64,000 bases of DNA from Setoptus koraiensis (lineage: Eukaryota > Animalia > Arthropoda), in contig CM106586.1 of the NCBI GenBank assembly GCA_048013815.1, positions 20,708,001 through 20,772,000 on the forward strand, in the 5' to 3' direction. The notes beneath the pieces are model-generated. The model did no database searches, was not told where the DNA came from, and saw only the letters and a list, made by a program, of their open reading frames with translations. This document shows positions 1-13,399 of this stretch, one piece after another. The number at the start of each line of letters is the position of its first letter. Within the stretch, counting starts at the first letter, position 1. Both the position numbers and the translations under genes were made by a program.

Positions 1-4
1 GGCT

Positions 5-5
<1 letters not shown>

Positions 6-63
<58 letters not shown>
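6..63. repeat. (GT)29 microsatellite
   Basis: Uninterrupted GT dinucleotide run read directly; many shorter TG/CA tracts follow in 1-5 kb. Confidence 0.97.
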
Positions 64-65
<2 letters not shown>

Positions 66-474
66 GCCAGGGCGCATTCCATGGTCGTGAGAGCGGGCCG
101 AGGCTGGCAAGCTAGTGCGGCACTTTGGCGCAAATGCGCTGGCTGCGACTTGGCGAGCCGATGACGATTGTATCGAATGGCGATAGCGGTAGCGTTAATG
201 ATGGCAACAAATGTATTTGCGCACACACACACACACATTAATTGCGCCTTGTGCGAACCCGATACGAGATGGGTATGAGATAGAGGGAGAAAATTGGAGC
301 GGACCTGGCTGCGACGGGCCGCCGCCGCCGCCGGTCGCTCATTTGTGTATCGGCATTGCCTGCGGGCGACCATTTAAGCGGAGAGCGAGAGATAAGCAAG
401 CGCAAGACAGAATTGAGAAGTCACGAATTAGACATTTTGGCTCGCAAAACTTTCGCTCGATGCCAGCCACTCGG

Positions 475-515
<41 letters not shown>

Positions 516-1268
516 CGCAGCGATTTGTGTGAGTCGTCGTGTCGTGTGCGTTCAAGGCGGGGGAGGGACGCACGGCCGAGTGGCAAGTTCGGAGGAGCAG
601 CCGCGAAGCTTGCTCGAGCGCACGGCGTGGAAGGCCAAGTGTGTTCCACGGGCATAATTAGATGCAATCGCACACACGCAGTATTTCGCGACCGTCGAGG
701 CTTCGCCCGGAGCCGCGCCGGCCGCCGCCGTTGACGCTGCTGGGCCGGCCCGCAAGTCGGTGGCGCTGGGAGCAGGCACGCAAACATTCTTAGCATTTAT
801 GATTGCGTGTGTTTGCCAGCAGTCAGCCTTACATAAGCCAGCTCTTACATAAGCGCTCGCTGCCATTACGATTGAAGCGTCAATTCTGCCGATGAGAGCT
901 CACCTGTTGATAGCGAGCGGCGCTACGCAACAGCAGCGCCAGCGCCGGCCGAGTGTGTTTGATTATCGCCTGTTTTATGGCTCTCTCTCTCTGGGCACAG
1001 TCGGCTGGTGTGTGCCCGTCATTAAGGTTTCTTCCACTCGCTGCAGCGCCTTCGACCGTGGATACAGCCCGAGCGAATTATTGTCCATGTTGTGTGTGTG
1101 TGTGTGTATTCGCAGGGCTCACGAAAGCCACAGGTGAGGCACACACACACACACACAACTTTTCCCTTTGGGCGGTGGCTCGCTGCTGGCTTCGCCAGTG
1201 TGCGATTGCCTATTCTTCTCCGCGCCAGCCAATTCCCCGACCGACGGCGCGCCTATTCGCCTGACCTC

Positions 1269-1334
1269 GCTCACTGACGGCTCACCGACGGCTCACCGAC
1301 GGCTCACCGACGGCTCACCGACGGCTCACTGACG
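1269..1334. repeat. 11-bp tandem repeat GCTCAC(C/T)GACG x6
   Basis: Six adjacent copies; the first and last carry the T variant. Confidence 0.95.
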
Positions 1335-1385
1335 GCGCCGTGTGTGCGTCTGTGTGCCACGTAACATCTTGGCGGGCATTTCCCA

Positions 1386-1423
1386 AACGTAGCGCATGCG
1401 GGGATCCCCGCATGCGTTACGTT
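1386..1423. repeat. Palindrome: perfect 24-bp core (1393-1416) extended to 38 bp with one G/T mismatch
   Basis: CGCATGCGGGGATCCCCGCATGCG is self-complementary; flanks AACGTA / TACGTT also pair. Confidence 0.92.
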
Positions 1424-2175
1424 AGCTGCGCCGTCGTGGATCGGGCCGCCGCCGCCGCTGCCAGCGACGACAACAGCGGCAAGGGCGGCCGACGGGGGAC
1501 GCGCATCGCTGCATTCACCTGTCTGGCAGCGTCATCAATTGTGAGCCAGTGTGCGCCGCACAGCCGCCACTTGTCAGCTCCCACGTAGCACACACTGCGC
1601 GCCATTCACTGTTGCGTTGAGTCCGAGCGCCAGCCAGTTGAGTCCGAGCGGCGTCCCCGTCCCACAAGCTTGCAAGCTGCGGCGCGGCCCCCTCCGCGGT
1701 GCAGACCGTAGCGAAGCGCATGCTGTAGCCGGCGTAGCTGTCAAACTGGTGCCACTGCCAGCGTCGCGGTGCAGTTGCAGTTGCAGCCAACGCACGGCGG
1801 CGGCGGCGCATTCAATGCGCCGCATTGTGCAATTGCGAGCGGTGCCTGCATCGCGCACTTGCACCGCCGCACCACTGCAGCGCAGCATCATCACGGCGCA
1901 TTCGGCGCTGCCATCGCTCGCCAGACTCTGGCGGCCAGAGTCGCTGGCTCTGCCGGGACTGTGGGCTCGCCGCGACTCGCAGTCTGCTGCAGCGAGCAGC
2001 AGACTGCCAGCGAGTGTTTGTGTGTTTTGGAGTGGTGTGTGTTGGAACATCAGCGCACTGATGCAACATTAGAGCGGTGTGTGTGTGTGTGTGTTGGACG
2101 GTGCGCAATGTTGTGCAATGGCGGAGATGATCATGAATCGCGCGGATGGAGCGCAAAGCAACAAGTGCCTGTCAA

Positions 2176-2211
<36 letters not shown>

Positions 2212-2770
2212 CAGAATGGGGTGTATTTCGGCGCGCTGCAGCAGCGAGGTGTGTGTGTGTGTGCCGCACTGTATACACTGTATTACAGCGACTGCGATTG
2301 TACTGGTACTCCATCTGTGTGTGTGTGTGTGTGTCGCACAAGCGGCCAGCAGCACAGGTGAGCGGCACAGGTAGGCAGCCGGGCGGCCAGGTAGGCAGGC
2401 AGGTAGAGCGCGACGCAGGCAAACATATTGCGCTGCGAATGGGGGACTGGGCAGGCTGGCAAATCTGTGTGAAGGCGTAATATACCACACGACTGTGATT
2501 GGTTGCTGCTGTTGGCATGGCGCGCTCCGTGGGCACAGGCAGCGCGACTGCTGGCGCAGTATGGCGGCTGTTGCGTCGGGCGCGATTGTGAGCCGAATGA
2601 GCCGCTTTGAACCAATTCATGAAAGGCAGTAAAACGACATTTGAAAAATAAAAAGACACACACACACACACATCAGTGCAGACGCCAGTTGAGCTAGTTG
2701 AACAACAACAATCACACACACACACACACACAACTGTTGCCCGCCGCACCACCGTACCATAACACTACCA

Positions 2771-2788
2771 ATGCTAACCATCAAACAG
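2771..2788 (+). CDS. grh: Putative first coding micro-exon of grainyhead (MLTIKQ)
   Basis: ATG CTA ACC ATC AAA CAG|GTGAGT: consensus donor, phase 0, compatible with the phase-0 acceptor CTGTAG|AAC at 7840/7841 that opens the ATG-less grh frame. Inferred; no transcript evidence. Confidence 0.45.
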
Positions 2789-3451
2789 GTGAGTCCTGCC
2801 CCCGACGCAGCCTAGACAGTTGGCGAGCTTCGTAATAATGTTGATCACGACGACGCTCATAACCAGATTACTCACACACACTCACTCACATTTACTGCTT
2901 GTACCGTCGTCACCACTGCTACTTGGCTCAACTTGGCCAGACTCGGCTATACACACACACACACACACACACAGCGCGCAGCTAACGAGAATGGCCACAG
3001 ATTGCCTTAGGTGAACGCCTAGAGGGAGAAAGAGCTTAAAATATTATTAAACTTCTTCGTACACACCAGCACCGATACAGCTAAACAGCGGCAGCGGCAC
3101 CAGCAGGCAGCTCAGAGAGGAATAATCATTAGCGGCAACAAGTTGATGTTCTGGTCTGCGTGCGCTTGTGTCTAGAAACAACAACGACAGCAGCAACAAC
3201 GACAGCAGCAACAACGACAACAGCAGCAACAGCAACAACAAGTTCTCGTCTTGGGCAACAGCAGCTGTACGGTGCAACGGCAACAGCGGCACCAGTCGAG
3301 CAACTGCAACAACAACAACAAGTAACGACAATTCGATTACTGCCACACCGACCGATACGACAATAAGCAGCAACCAGTCAACTTAAACAATATAATAACT
3401 GACGACCACAGAAATCTTGTTTATTAGTGAGCAAGTTGCACCAGTGACTAG

Positions 3452-3661
3452 TTTTCGGCATTCGCAAGCCTCGTCAGCGGTGCAGTAGACAGACAACAAC
3501 AACAACTATATCATGATAATAATAACTATCATCACTTAAAGCCACCTATCACACAGCAGCTATCAGCTAAGCTACCTGGCAACAACAACTTATTGAACAG
3601 TGAAAGCCAACAACAACAACAACAGCACCGCCAGCTACAACAACAACAACACATCTCAACC
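3452..3661 (+). CDS. Candidate cassette exon of grh (Q/N/H-rich, 70 codons)
   Basis: Stop-free frame (FSAFASLVSGAVDRQQQQLYHDNNN...QQQQHIST) ending in phase-0 donor ACC|GTAAGC. Acceptor weak or ambiguous (ACTAG at 3451, or CAG at 3556/3559). Confidence 0.25.
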
Positions 3662-4946
3662 GTAAGCCTAATCATCCATCTCAGCAACCAGTCTGACCAG
3701 CTGAGCAGCTATATAACTGTCACATGCTCACTCATACGCTTATTTTTGTTTTCTCAATACTCCTTAGCTCCTCCCCGAGATAAATAACCCCTTCTCTATG
3801 TGTGTGTGTGTGTGTGTGTGTGCGATGGCCATTACTATTACAATTACTGTTCAGCCATTCACCAGTAGACACTGACAGCGAGAGTCTTGTGCTCTCTCTC
3901 TCAAACGGTGCTGCCGCCGATGCTGTGTGTACGACCCTATGACAGTCGACAAACGCTGACATGTCAAGGCGTAGTCGGCCAAAAAGTTATATCATTGCAC
4001 ACACACACACACACACACACTGTCAGCTGATACACACAACCGATGACGGTGATATTATGCAATTATCTTTGCTAAGATAAAGATAGTATCATAAACCACC
4101 GACAGTTAACACACACACACAATCATTCAGCAGACGTTCTCCTATCAAATATCCAAGCATATTCTTCTACAGTGTGACCACAGATCACATGTATTTATGT
4201 GTGTGCATTCTGTGTGATCTGTATGATCGCATCGCATTGTGTCAACATTATTCAACCAACACTGCACTGAAGGGGCTTTTGAACTCTCTTGCAACAGCAG
4301 CGATATAATAACAGTAGCATCGACAACAACCGCTTGATACAAATGAACGAAACGAATCTTTCATTTTAGTCAGCTGAAATCAGTCCCTTTGCACCGTTGG
4401 CAATCAAATCATTCAATGAATTGGTTAGGTTCGGTTCGACTTGGATTAGAGCGCGCCTTTTGCCAGGCCAATCTGTTTTCGCAAGACGCATACTCCTCGC
4501 ACAATATCAGTGAACGGCAACAACAAGACAGCCAGCCAGCCAGCCAGAGATTGTGCAAAGAGAAGGAGATACTGGCGCCGCTGCCTCACATGATGATTAC
4601 ATTTTGATTAGTTTAGTGAGATCTGGCTTATAATTTCGTTTTTTCTCTCGTTATTGTTGTTGTCTGATTTGTAAATAACACATCTGATAATAAGTTAGTT
4701 AGGTTAATTTTGTTGATTTGTGCCTGCTCGTTTGTGCCTGTTGCGTATATTTGTTGCTCGATTGCTGCTGCTCAAATCATATAATTATCAATGCTCTCTC
4801 TCTCTCTCTCTCCATGTAACGATGATAAAGATTACTTGCGATCTTGCAAAACTTTCCGCTAGGTGGCAGCGCTTTACTTTAGAATCTATAGTTGGCTAGA
4901 TAGGCCGAGCTTGCCAGATGTTGCGCTCATGTGTGCGTGTATGAGT

Positions 4947-4982
<36 letters not shown>

Positions 4983-6418
4983 TATAGAAAAATCGAACTT
5001 TTGTGTGTTCGGCAGGCAAACGTGCACAATGCACATGAATAATCTAAACAATCCTATAAACGAGCACTCGCGCCTGTTTGTCTGTGCGTCTGTCTAGCCA
5101 CGTTTGCACCGCAGTAACCGCAGCATTGTCGACTCAATAACAGTATTGAGTTTACGGCGCAACTTTCAATTACAATTAGTGGCTGTGTTGCGCACAAGTT
5201 CGATGGCTCACATTGGCCAGTGGCACGCGCCATTGTTGTTGTTTTTGTTCTAGTTGCGGGCCGGTCCATCGTCCGTTGTTCTGCGCACCGCAACTGCAGC
5301 GCTCTGATTCGATTCTATTTTGCGTCCGAGGCGGCCATTGCTAACGCTACTACTGTTGACAATAGCACTGTTAACAGTAGCGACCAACCTTAATCACACG
5401 ATTATGCAATTTTATCATTATTATCCTATTACGTATGCAGTTAATAATTCAATTATTGCTCCTACTTAATATATTGCAATACTGTCAAGGCATTTCCGTG
5501 ATACCGCGTGATCACCGTATGCCCGCGAGGATAAATAACCTGGAATACAAATTGAAATATCGCCATTCCTTTGCAAATCACGCACGTTTCACAACAACAA
5601 CACACACACACCCCAACCAGCATAATTATTCAGTTAGCAAATGGAATAGATAATTATCCAATTAGGCAATCGTTGAGGGCAGCCACTCGAGATGGAGCAG
5701 TGTTATGAGGCGAGCAGCTACAATTAGATTAGATAGCCAATTTGTGTTAGTGTCACAGAGGAGAGCGAGCTCACTGCGATACGTTCCGCGAATCAATATG
5801 CAGCAGTAACATGAGATAACCACTTTCGCTTTTTTTTTCTCTCTCTTGCTCATCCAAACAAGTAAGAGTTACACTGAGAGACAGGTTGATGAGCAACAGT
5901 TATGATGAGGAGACAGCAACAACAATAGTAACAGAGTTACTCACAAAAGAGCCATTGATTTTATGCTATATAAAGGAATGGCACTAGCAACAGCACAACT
6001 ACTTGTGTCAAGACCTTGACCGGTTAGTCCAGTCTTGCGAGTAGTATTAGCTATTAGCTAGAACAATTTACAATAGGATCATCATCATCTTTCGTTTTCC
6101 TTTTAATACCACCTCTACATTTACTAGTAGATGCACACCAGTCACTGCAACAACAACAACAACCGCTTCTACTATCACTACTAAAACTACTAACCACTTT
6201 TCTCAACTACTGCTGAAATTTATATGTACTTTCTTTCCTATTCGCGTGGTGCTGGTCATTCAGTTAACAACGAGTTTGTAGCCGCTCATGTCAGATTCCG
6301 GCAGATGCATTGTAACAAACAACAAGTACATGTTTGGTAACAACTATAACTGGATCTCTCATGTCTTCACGCAAACTTCACCTCTGCATATCCGACTTGT
6401 GTGAATAAGAACTTTCTT

Positions 6419-6440
6419 ATCTCTCTCTCTCTCTTTATAA

Positions 6441-6478
<38 letters not shown>

Positions 6479-6488
6479 ATTTATATAT
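6419..6488. repeat. Compound (CT)n-(TA)n microsatellite
   Basis: Read directly; the TA tract has a few interruptions. Confidence 0.93.
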
Positions 6489-6979
6489 GCAACCTTGCTG
6501 GCTGGCAGACACAATACACTAAAAGTTATTGCAAGAAGAATTACTTGTTATACCACTACGGATATCTACAGCTCAACTTCCACACGAACACCTAACTATA
6601 AAATCTGACCATAGACTCGTTTTCTCTCTTCTTTAGGACAATGAACGACATTGAATTATAGAGAAAAGGAATAATTATAACAAACATGGTCAACAGATGA
6701 TATATGTTGTAACTCGTTTCTAGACTTGATTTGAATGTAAAGTGACAGAAAAAAACTGCTCGTTTAAACGAAAAACTGGCAACTATCATCACGGTCCAGC
6801 AAACTAAAACTATTGTAATAGCTGTTCAATATTTAATTGAGCCTGACGTTTGAGCCACCGGAACACTCCCTTTAGAAGTTCTCTCATATATATGCTGTAA
6901 TCTTTACTCATAAGAGAAGCGCCACTAGTAACGTCACGGGGAATGCCACATAACATTAGAACAAGGTGGTCAAGCGTGT

Positions 6980-7310
6980 ATATTCCTACTTGAGCCTTGG
7001 ACTTGAAACTTGAGACCAAATAAGCCAGGTAGTGGCCACATATGCAATTTTTTCTGTACGCTTCTTTTACACAGATTACGAACAACTATACAAAAGCGCT
7101 TATTCGACAAACGCACATACACACAGAAACATTTGCACACATACACAAATGGATTGTTGGCAGAAAAAGAACTAGAATTAGCAACAGGTGGATTACAGAA
7201 CAGGCAGCATTGAAAAGTTTACCTGACGGACCTATTCTTTGACTATAACTATACTGCGCTGGTGAGAGAGAGAACTTTGCCTTCTGCGATCAAACCATGC
7301 AGCAGATAGT
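6980..7310 (+). mobile_element. Decayed non-LTR (LINE-like) reverse transcriptase fragment
   Basis: One frame with in-frame stops: EPWT*NLRPNKPGS...TTIQKRLFD...NGLLAEKE...*...DLFFDYNY. The order matches RT N-terminal motifs (W..P..KPG, I..RL, LL..Q.GF, FLD..KAF), but each motif is degenerate. Confidence 0.35.
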
Positions 7311-7840
7311 GTATACACACTGCGCAAGCTTGTAGAAGCAATAGCAGCCTAGGCTCCAGTTCTGCCAGAAGAACCATTCTAGAATCAAGTAAGCCATTGC
7401 ATCTAGCCTAGTATCTATCTATAGAATCGTAAGCCAACGAAGCGATAGTTTATACTGCTTGCTATACTGTGTATTGCTGGGCAAGCGAAGACTGCAAAAA
7501 GAGAAATACTACTGCTACAGAAGACAGCAAAGAGATAGAGAAGTTGTATAGAACAAGTGACGAGTTGCTGCCAGCTTCTACTAACAAATAGAATCAGCAT
7601 CACCAACACCTTACGTAACAACTTGAGCGACTTCCACTTGTTTCTCTCTATCCCCTTCTTGCTTGTTCTCTTACTACTTGCTTCTTCTTCTCTCGCTCTC
7701 GGATCATGATAATTGTATAAGCAAGTGGTGATAGTATTAAATACGAGTTGAAGAAAAAAAGAAGAACGAGCTACCACCACTGTATACACAAAAAATCAAG
7801 TTCAACCACAACAACTTCTACTTCTTATAGGTAACTGTAG

Positions 7841-10800
7841 AACAAAAAGACATCAACAACGGCATCCATAACAACAACATTAACATCTCTTGCCCTAACA
7901 ACGAGTTCAACAACAACAGCAACAACGACTTCTACAACAACAACAACAACAAATCTAGATAGTACTAGTAGTGGTATTATTAGTGTTGGTGGAGGAAGTG
8001 GTTGTGTAAGCAACACTAGTACAACTGTTATACAACAACAGCAGCAACAACATCAACTAATCAACATCAATAACAACAAAAACAACAATAACGAGAAAAA
8101 TAACAGTATCATAGGTGATATTATAGAGCCTCAGTCATGTGGTGATGGTGGTGGTGGTGGTGGCGGTGATGGACATGGTGACAATAAGATAGATATTAAT
8201 CATAATCTAAATAAACCTAAGTCCACCACCGAGACCAGACTCTCACCAACAGCACCCACCGCTCAGGATCATTTAATAGAAATTAATACATTTGGCCTAT
8301 TTAGTCAACAGCAACAGGTACTGTCAGGTGCTTCGAGTGATGAGGCCATTAGTTCTCCCCACCACAGCAACACAGCCAATCTAAATTCTTCTGCCTTTAC
8401 GAACCCAACAAACACAATATCAGAATCATTACAAGAGAAATCTCCAAATATATTATTATCATCATCTATAGATCAATGCCAGACTCCAGAATTCAATACA
8501 AGCCAATCGATAGCAAATACTGCAGATAAAAGTAGTAATTTAAAGGGATCATTGCAAGCAGACAATATTAAAAATTATGATATTTTTCCAGAAACATCAT
8601 TGAATAGGACTCAAGGAATATCCGATGAACTAGGAAATGAAACGAAAGACAAAACAGATAGTATAGAATTGATCAACTCGAGTACTAATCAAGAGATAGA
8701 TGAACGATTGCAAACATATACTGGTCAGAAATCGATCGAATTGAACTTATTCAATAGAGGAGATAATAATTCTGAGCAAGAACTTTATTCCAGAACGGAG
8801 GAAGGAGAGAAAGACGGCACTATTATTGATAAGTCTGATATTCAAATAAATGCGAACGATTCCTTAGTTGGTGGCGGAATCGATGGCACTATGACCCTTG
8901 TTGATAGTCATGGCGACAAAAGTAGCCAACAATTAGTACATGTCACATCTGACAACAATAGTACTAATACTAATAATACAACCACAACAACCACTGCAAT
9001 AATCACTAAAACTGCAACGATTGACACTGACAGCGGTTCAAATAACTATAGTGATCTTGGCAATACACAAACCAGACAATTTACCACAAACGATAACATC
9101 AAGTCAGATGATCCGATTAAATCAGAATCTTCTAACATAAATAGCGACACTATCGGCAATCTAAATAATAATAAAACAGAGGGAACAAATAACCATGATA
9201 GATGCGATTACCAAAATTCATCGCAAAGTGAAACCAAACAATCTCCTCTGCGACATGAAATAGAAAGTTCCTCAAAGGATTCCAATGTTGCTGCTGCTAA
9301 AAATAATGATAATGTTACTGTTACAAGTCAATCTAAACCATCAAAATTAGTCGGTAGTGAAGGTGAAGCAATAGCAACGGAAACAACCACGGAAACTTCT
9401 TCGGGCCAGAGTGATCAGACTAACAAGGATAGCAGTGCTGCCGATAGAAGTAACATAACATCGGATCATGAACAGACAGAGGAAAAGAAGCAACAACGGC
9501 TACAGGAACACCCTGATGCACTGGTGCATCAACAACAAAATCTAGTCGGTGAGGATAAATCTACCATAGAACAGCAACAACAAACAACAACCGGGACACA
9601 AGAGAATGCAAATTTAACAAGTGAAAAAACTGTAACTAATGTTGTCGCTTCGGAGAGTGCGTCAGTGGATCCACAATCTAGCATCGATAAAATAGAGGCC
9701 CAGAGTAGTAATGATGGTAATCGAGACAATCCACAACAACAAATTGAACCCCGACAGACTAGCCCTGACAATAATGCTTGTGCACAAACTGAGAGTTATG
9801 TGGATGCTTCTTCGCACATGCTAAAACAAGAACTAGAGCAGACGCCTCAATATACTACCCTTACGCCACTGACTCCCTTGAGTCAGTCTCCCACACCAGT
9901 GGCCACAATCTCGAATGGTGGAGTTGTATATACAGTACAATCGGATAATTTATCTTATCTAAGTTCAAATTATAGAGATTACACAACTATATCACAAACA
10001 CATTATATGTCACAACCTGATTTACACGATGCTAGCAGTCACCATTCTGGACATTATAATCTAACAAATGTAGATAGTAATGTCAGTACGAATGATACTA
10101 ATAACCAATCGGTAGATCAATCCCAACAACAGCAACATGGAGTGCCAACAATGACAGGACAGCAACAATTAATTGCATCGTCCTCCAATCTCATCAATAC
10201 GGGTTCACACAACAACTACTTATCGTCATCAACGACTACGAATCAATTGGTCGGGTCTTTGAATGACGGAGGCAACAATACTGGCACTGATAGTAACAAC
10301 CGACTACTAGATGTATCTGGCAATAATAATAACAATAACAACAGCAACACAACCGTCAATAACAACATCAGTGGAAACAACAACAATAATAATAACAGCA
10401 ACAATAACAACAACAACAACAATGAAACCCAACAGCAAATGCAAACAACAACTTATTTAGATTCATATGGCACTATAAATTATAAGACTGTTTATGAATA
10501 TCAAGATCTAACAAATCTCAATCAATCTGTTTTAGGAACCCATACATTATTGCAACCTGTTTCAATTCCATTATTGAATGAAAATCAATCATTGATCGAT
10601 CTTGGCGGTGACTTAGGAGGCCAGACCGACTCGAAGCTTGGTTTGCGGCCCACTCAACTAATCAATGGTATACCCATAACGATCGAAGGTGCCAATTTAA
10701 TAAGTCTGACAAATTCAACACAATTAGCATCGAATTCTCCTAGAACCACCAGCAACTCTATCACTGGCTTGACTACTACCACAACATTATCGAATGCGGC

Positions 10801-12767
10801 CACCGGGAACCATCCAAATAGAGCTGCTTCAACCACTTCCACCGCGTCGGCATCATCGTCGATCGCTAGTGGAGCTGCAGGTTCCTCTACAGTTGGAGCT
10901 GCTCCATTGACAGGCGGAGCATTGAGCGGACAGGCGGCAGGAGCCCAAGCTACAGCGGTGGGAGGCAAGAGTAGGCGATCATGGCACGAGTACGGTCGTA
11001 ATGCCGATACAGACAAAGTTCACATACCGAAATTGTTCTCTAATGTTGGATTCCATTATTATCTAGAATCGCCTATATCAACAAGTCAGCGTCGTGAAGA
11101 TGATAGAATAACTTATATAAATAAGGGACAGTTTTATGGTGTCACATTGGAATATACTCATGATTCACAAAGGCCTCTAAGGTCACCATTTGTGAAATCT
11201 GTCATAATGCTCGTATTTCGGGAAGAGAAGTTACCGGAAGATGAAATTAAAGCTTGGCAATTCTGGCATAGTAGACAACATAGCGCTAAACAAAGGATAT
11301 TAGATGCGGACACAAAGAATAATGTCAACATCATAAACTCTATAGAGGAGATCTCTCATAATGCCATTGCTTTCTACTGGAATCCTATGGATGGTTCAGC
11401 TAAAGTTAATATCGCTGTTCAATGTTTGAGTACTGATTTCAGCAATCAAAAAGGTGTCAAAGGTTTACCGTTACATTTACAGTTAGACACCTTTGATGAA
11501 TTTACTGAAACTAGTACACCTGTACATCGTGGCTATGCTCAAATTAAGGTTTTCTGTGATAAAGGTGCTGAAAGGAAGACAAGAGATGAGGAAAGGCGTG
11601 CAGCAAAGAGAAAATTAACTGCATCTGGTAATGGTAAAAAGAAATTGGATGAGATGTACCATCAGACTTGTGAGAGATCAGAATTTTATTCTATGGCTGA
11701 CCTAATGAAACCACCGATGTTATTTACGCCTAGCGACGATCCAATGCTAGATGGGACAAAGCAACCTATGTCACAAGGTAGTGTAGCGTCTACTACTCCA
11801 ATATCAGCTACAACACCCTCGTCAGTGGTGGGCTCAGCAAGCGCATCATCAGTTGCTGGTAAGGGCGGTGGTGGTGGCGGAAGCTCCTCTAATATCAGCG
11901 GAAAGAGCCTGTCAACTAGTGCAGGCAGTGTTAGTGCTACCTTGAGTAATGTGCCAACAAGTGGAAGTGTAGTCACCTCTATATCTTCCAATGTTGTTCC
12001 AATTGGTAGTATTGCTACAGGTGGCCAAATGGGACACAATCAGGCTAACATTGTTTCACTCAGTGGTCAAGCTAGCGGCTCGACATCCGCTACACCTATA
12101 AATACTCGAATTGATACCGCTGGCATGGGCTCTATGACTGTGGGACCTGGTCTGTTGTCGATAGCCAACAATAGTAATAAAAATAGTAATCAACAAGCAT
12201 CCGGTAACATACCAACTCATCATGATCTGAATACTATAACAGTGCACCATACTGCTGGGACAAGCAATACAATGCATATGCAATATTTCGCTCCAAACAA
12301 TCTAGTTGGCGCGACTGTCCTAGTTGGACAAGCTACTCAAAGTAATGCTCAAATTACCAGTCCAGCTATGGGTGTCGCAAACGTTGCCCATGGCCAGACT
12401 CATCACCCCAATGCAGACAGTTTGCATCCGCAACAACAAAATATCGGATCAAATATTGTACAGCAGCATCAATTACAACAGTCACAGCAACATCTATCAA
12501 CTATTACGGGTATTAATCTACAAAGTGGTGGTGATCAGCAACATTTGGGTGGAGTTGCTCACCAACAACAAATTCAGCACCATCATCAACAATCTCAACA
12601 GCAACAGATCCATCATCAGCAGCAACAAATGGGTCAACAGATCCATCAGCAACATCCTATTCACCATCAACAACAGCACCAAAATATGGGAAGCGATCAA
12701 CAATTTTCTGTCATTCAACATCATCAACTTAATCATGCTCAGCAACAACAACAGCAACATCATCATC

Positions 12768-12798
<31 letters not shown>

Positions 12799-13384
12799 AC
12801 AACAACAACATCAAATGCATCAACACCATCAGATGACCGCTCAACACCAGCCCAGTGCCAATGTTGTGCATGTCGGTCAGCATAGTGGCCAAACTCTTGT
12901 TGGTTCGCCAGTGCAGCAATTGTCTCAGCATCAGCTTGCCGGTGTACAGATGCATGTAGATTCTAATATGATTCACCAAGCCCACCATCAGAACCAACAG
13001 CAGCAAGGTATGTCTGGAACTCACTATCAAACCAACATTGGTATGATCGGACAGCAAAACCAAACCGGCCAGCAACCACCACTTAAGAGGCCAAAGTTAT
13101 ACCCAGATGAAAGGGTTTTGATATATGCCAAGCAAGCTACTGATAAAGATTTTACCCCGCTACATCTGACACCACCCTCGGTACTAGGTTTGATAAATGC
13201 CATTGAACAAAAGTATAAGATTGATTCTAAGAGAATTGTAGCGATATTCAAGCAGCCTAAAAAGGGGATTCGAGTTCAACTGGATGATGAAATGATTAAG
13301 CACTACTGCAATGAAGACATGGTACAGTTGGAAGTTGTACAAAATGCTGAAAGTAGATATGAGCTTACTTTGATTGAGTTGTAG
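7841..13384 (+). CDS. grh: Grainyhead (Grh/CP2 family) transcription factor, main coding exon
   Basis: CP2 DNA-binding domain ([30 protein letters not shown]...[17 protein letters not shown]...[25 protein letters not shown]...[19 protein letters not shown], about 11050-11610) and C-terminal dimerisation domain (ERVLIYAKQ...[12 protein letters not shown], 13109-13381). The frame is open from 7841, upstream of the ORF-track TTG start at 8552; first in-frame ATG at 8891; TAG at 13382-13384. Confidence 0.96.
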
Positions 13385-13393
13385 TGAGTGATG

Positions 13394-13399
13394 TTTATT
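13394..13399 (-). promoter_or_regulatory. Candidate polyadenylation signal (AATAAA) for NAA15
   Basis: Plus-strand TTTATT; the only canonical hexamer I found on the minus strand in the 103-bp gap. Confidence 0.5.

Noticed and set aside
211-2752. Many overlapping 60-230-aa ORFs with CVCVCV/HTHTHT runs
   Set aside because: They are translations of (GT)n/(CA)n in GC-rich, stop-poor DNA, with no domain motifs.
7831-7840. GTAACTGTAG as a 10-nt GT-AG micro-intron joining the upstream KSSSTTTTSTSYR frame to grh
   Set aside because: Far below the spliceosomal minimum size, and its removal shifts the frame into a stop; the terminal AG is better read as an acceptor.
8552-8554. ORF-track start of grh
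   Set aside because: It is a TTG inside a frame already open from 7841, so it is a caller artefact.
12324-13075. 170-aa (+) and 185-aa (-) poly-N/poly-L ORFs
   Set aside because: Alternative-frame and antisense shadows of the grh CAA/CAG/CAT repeats.
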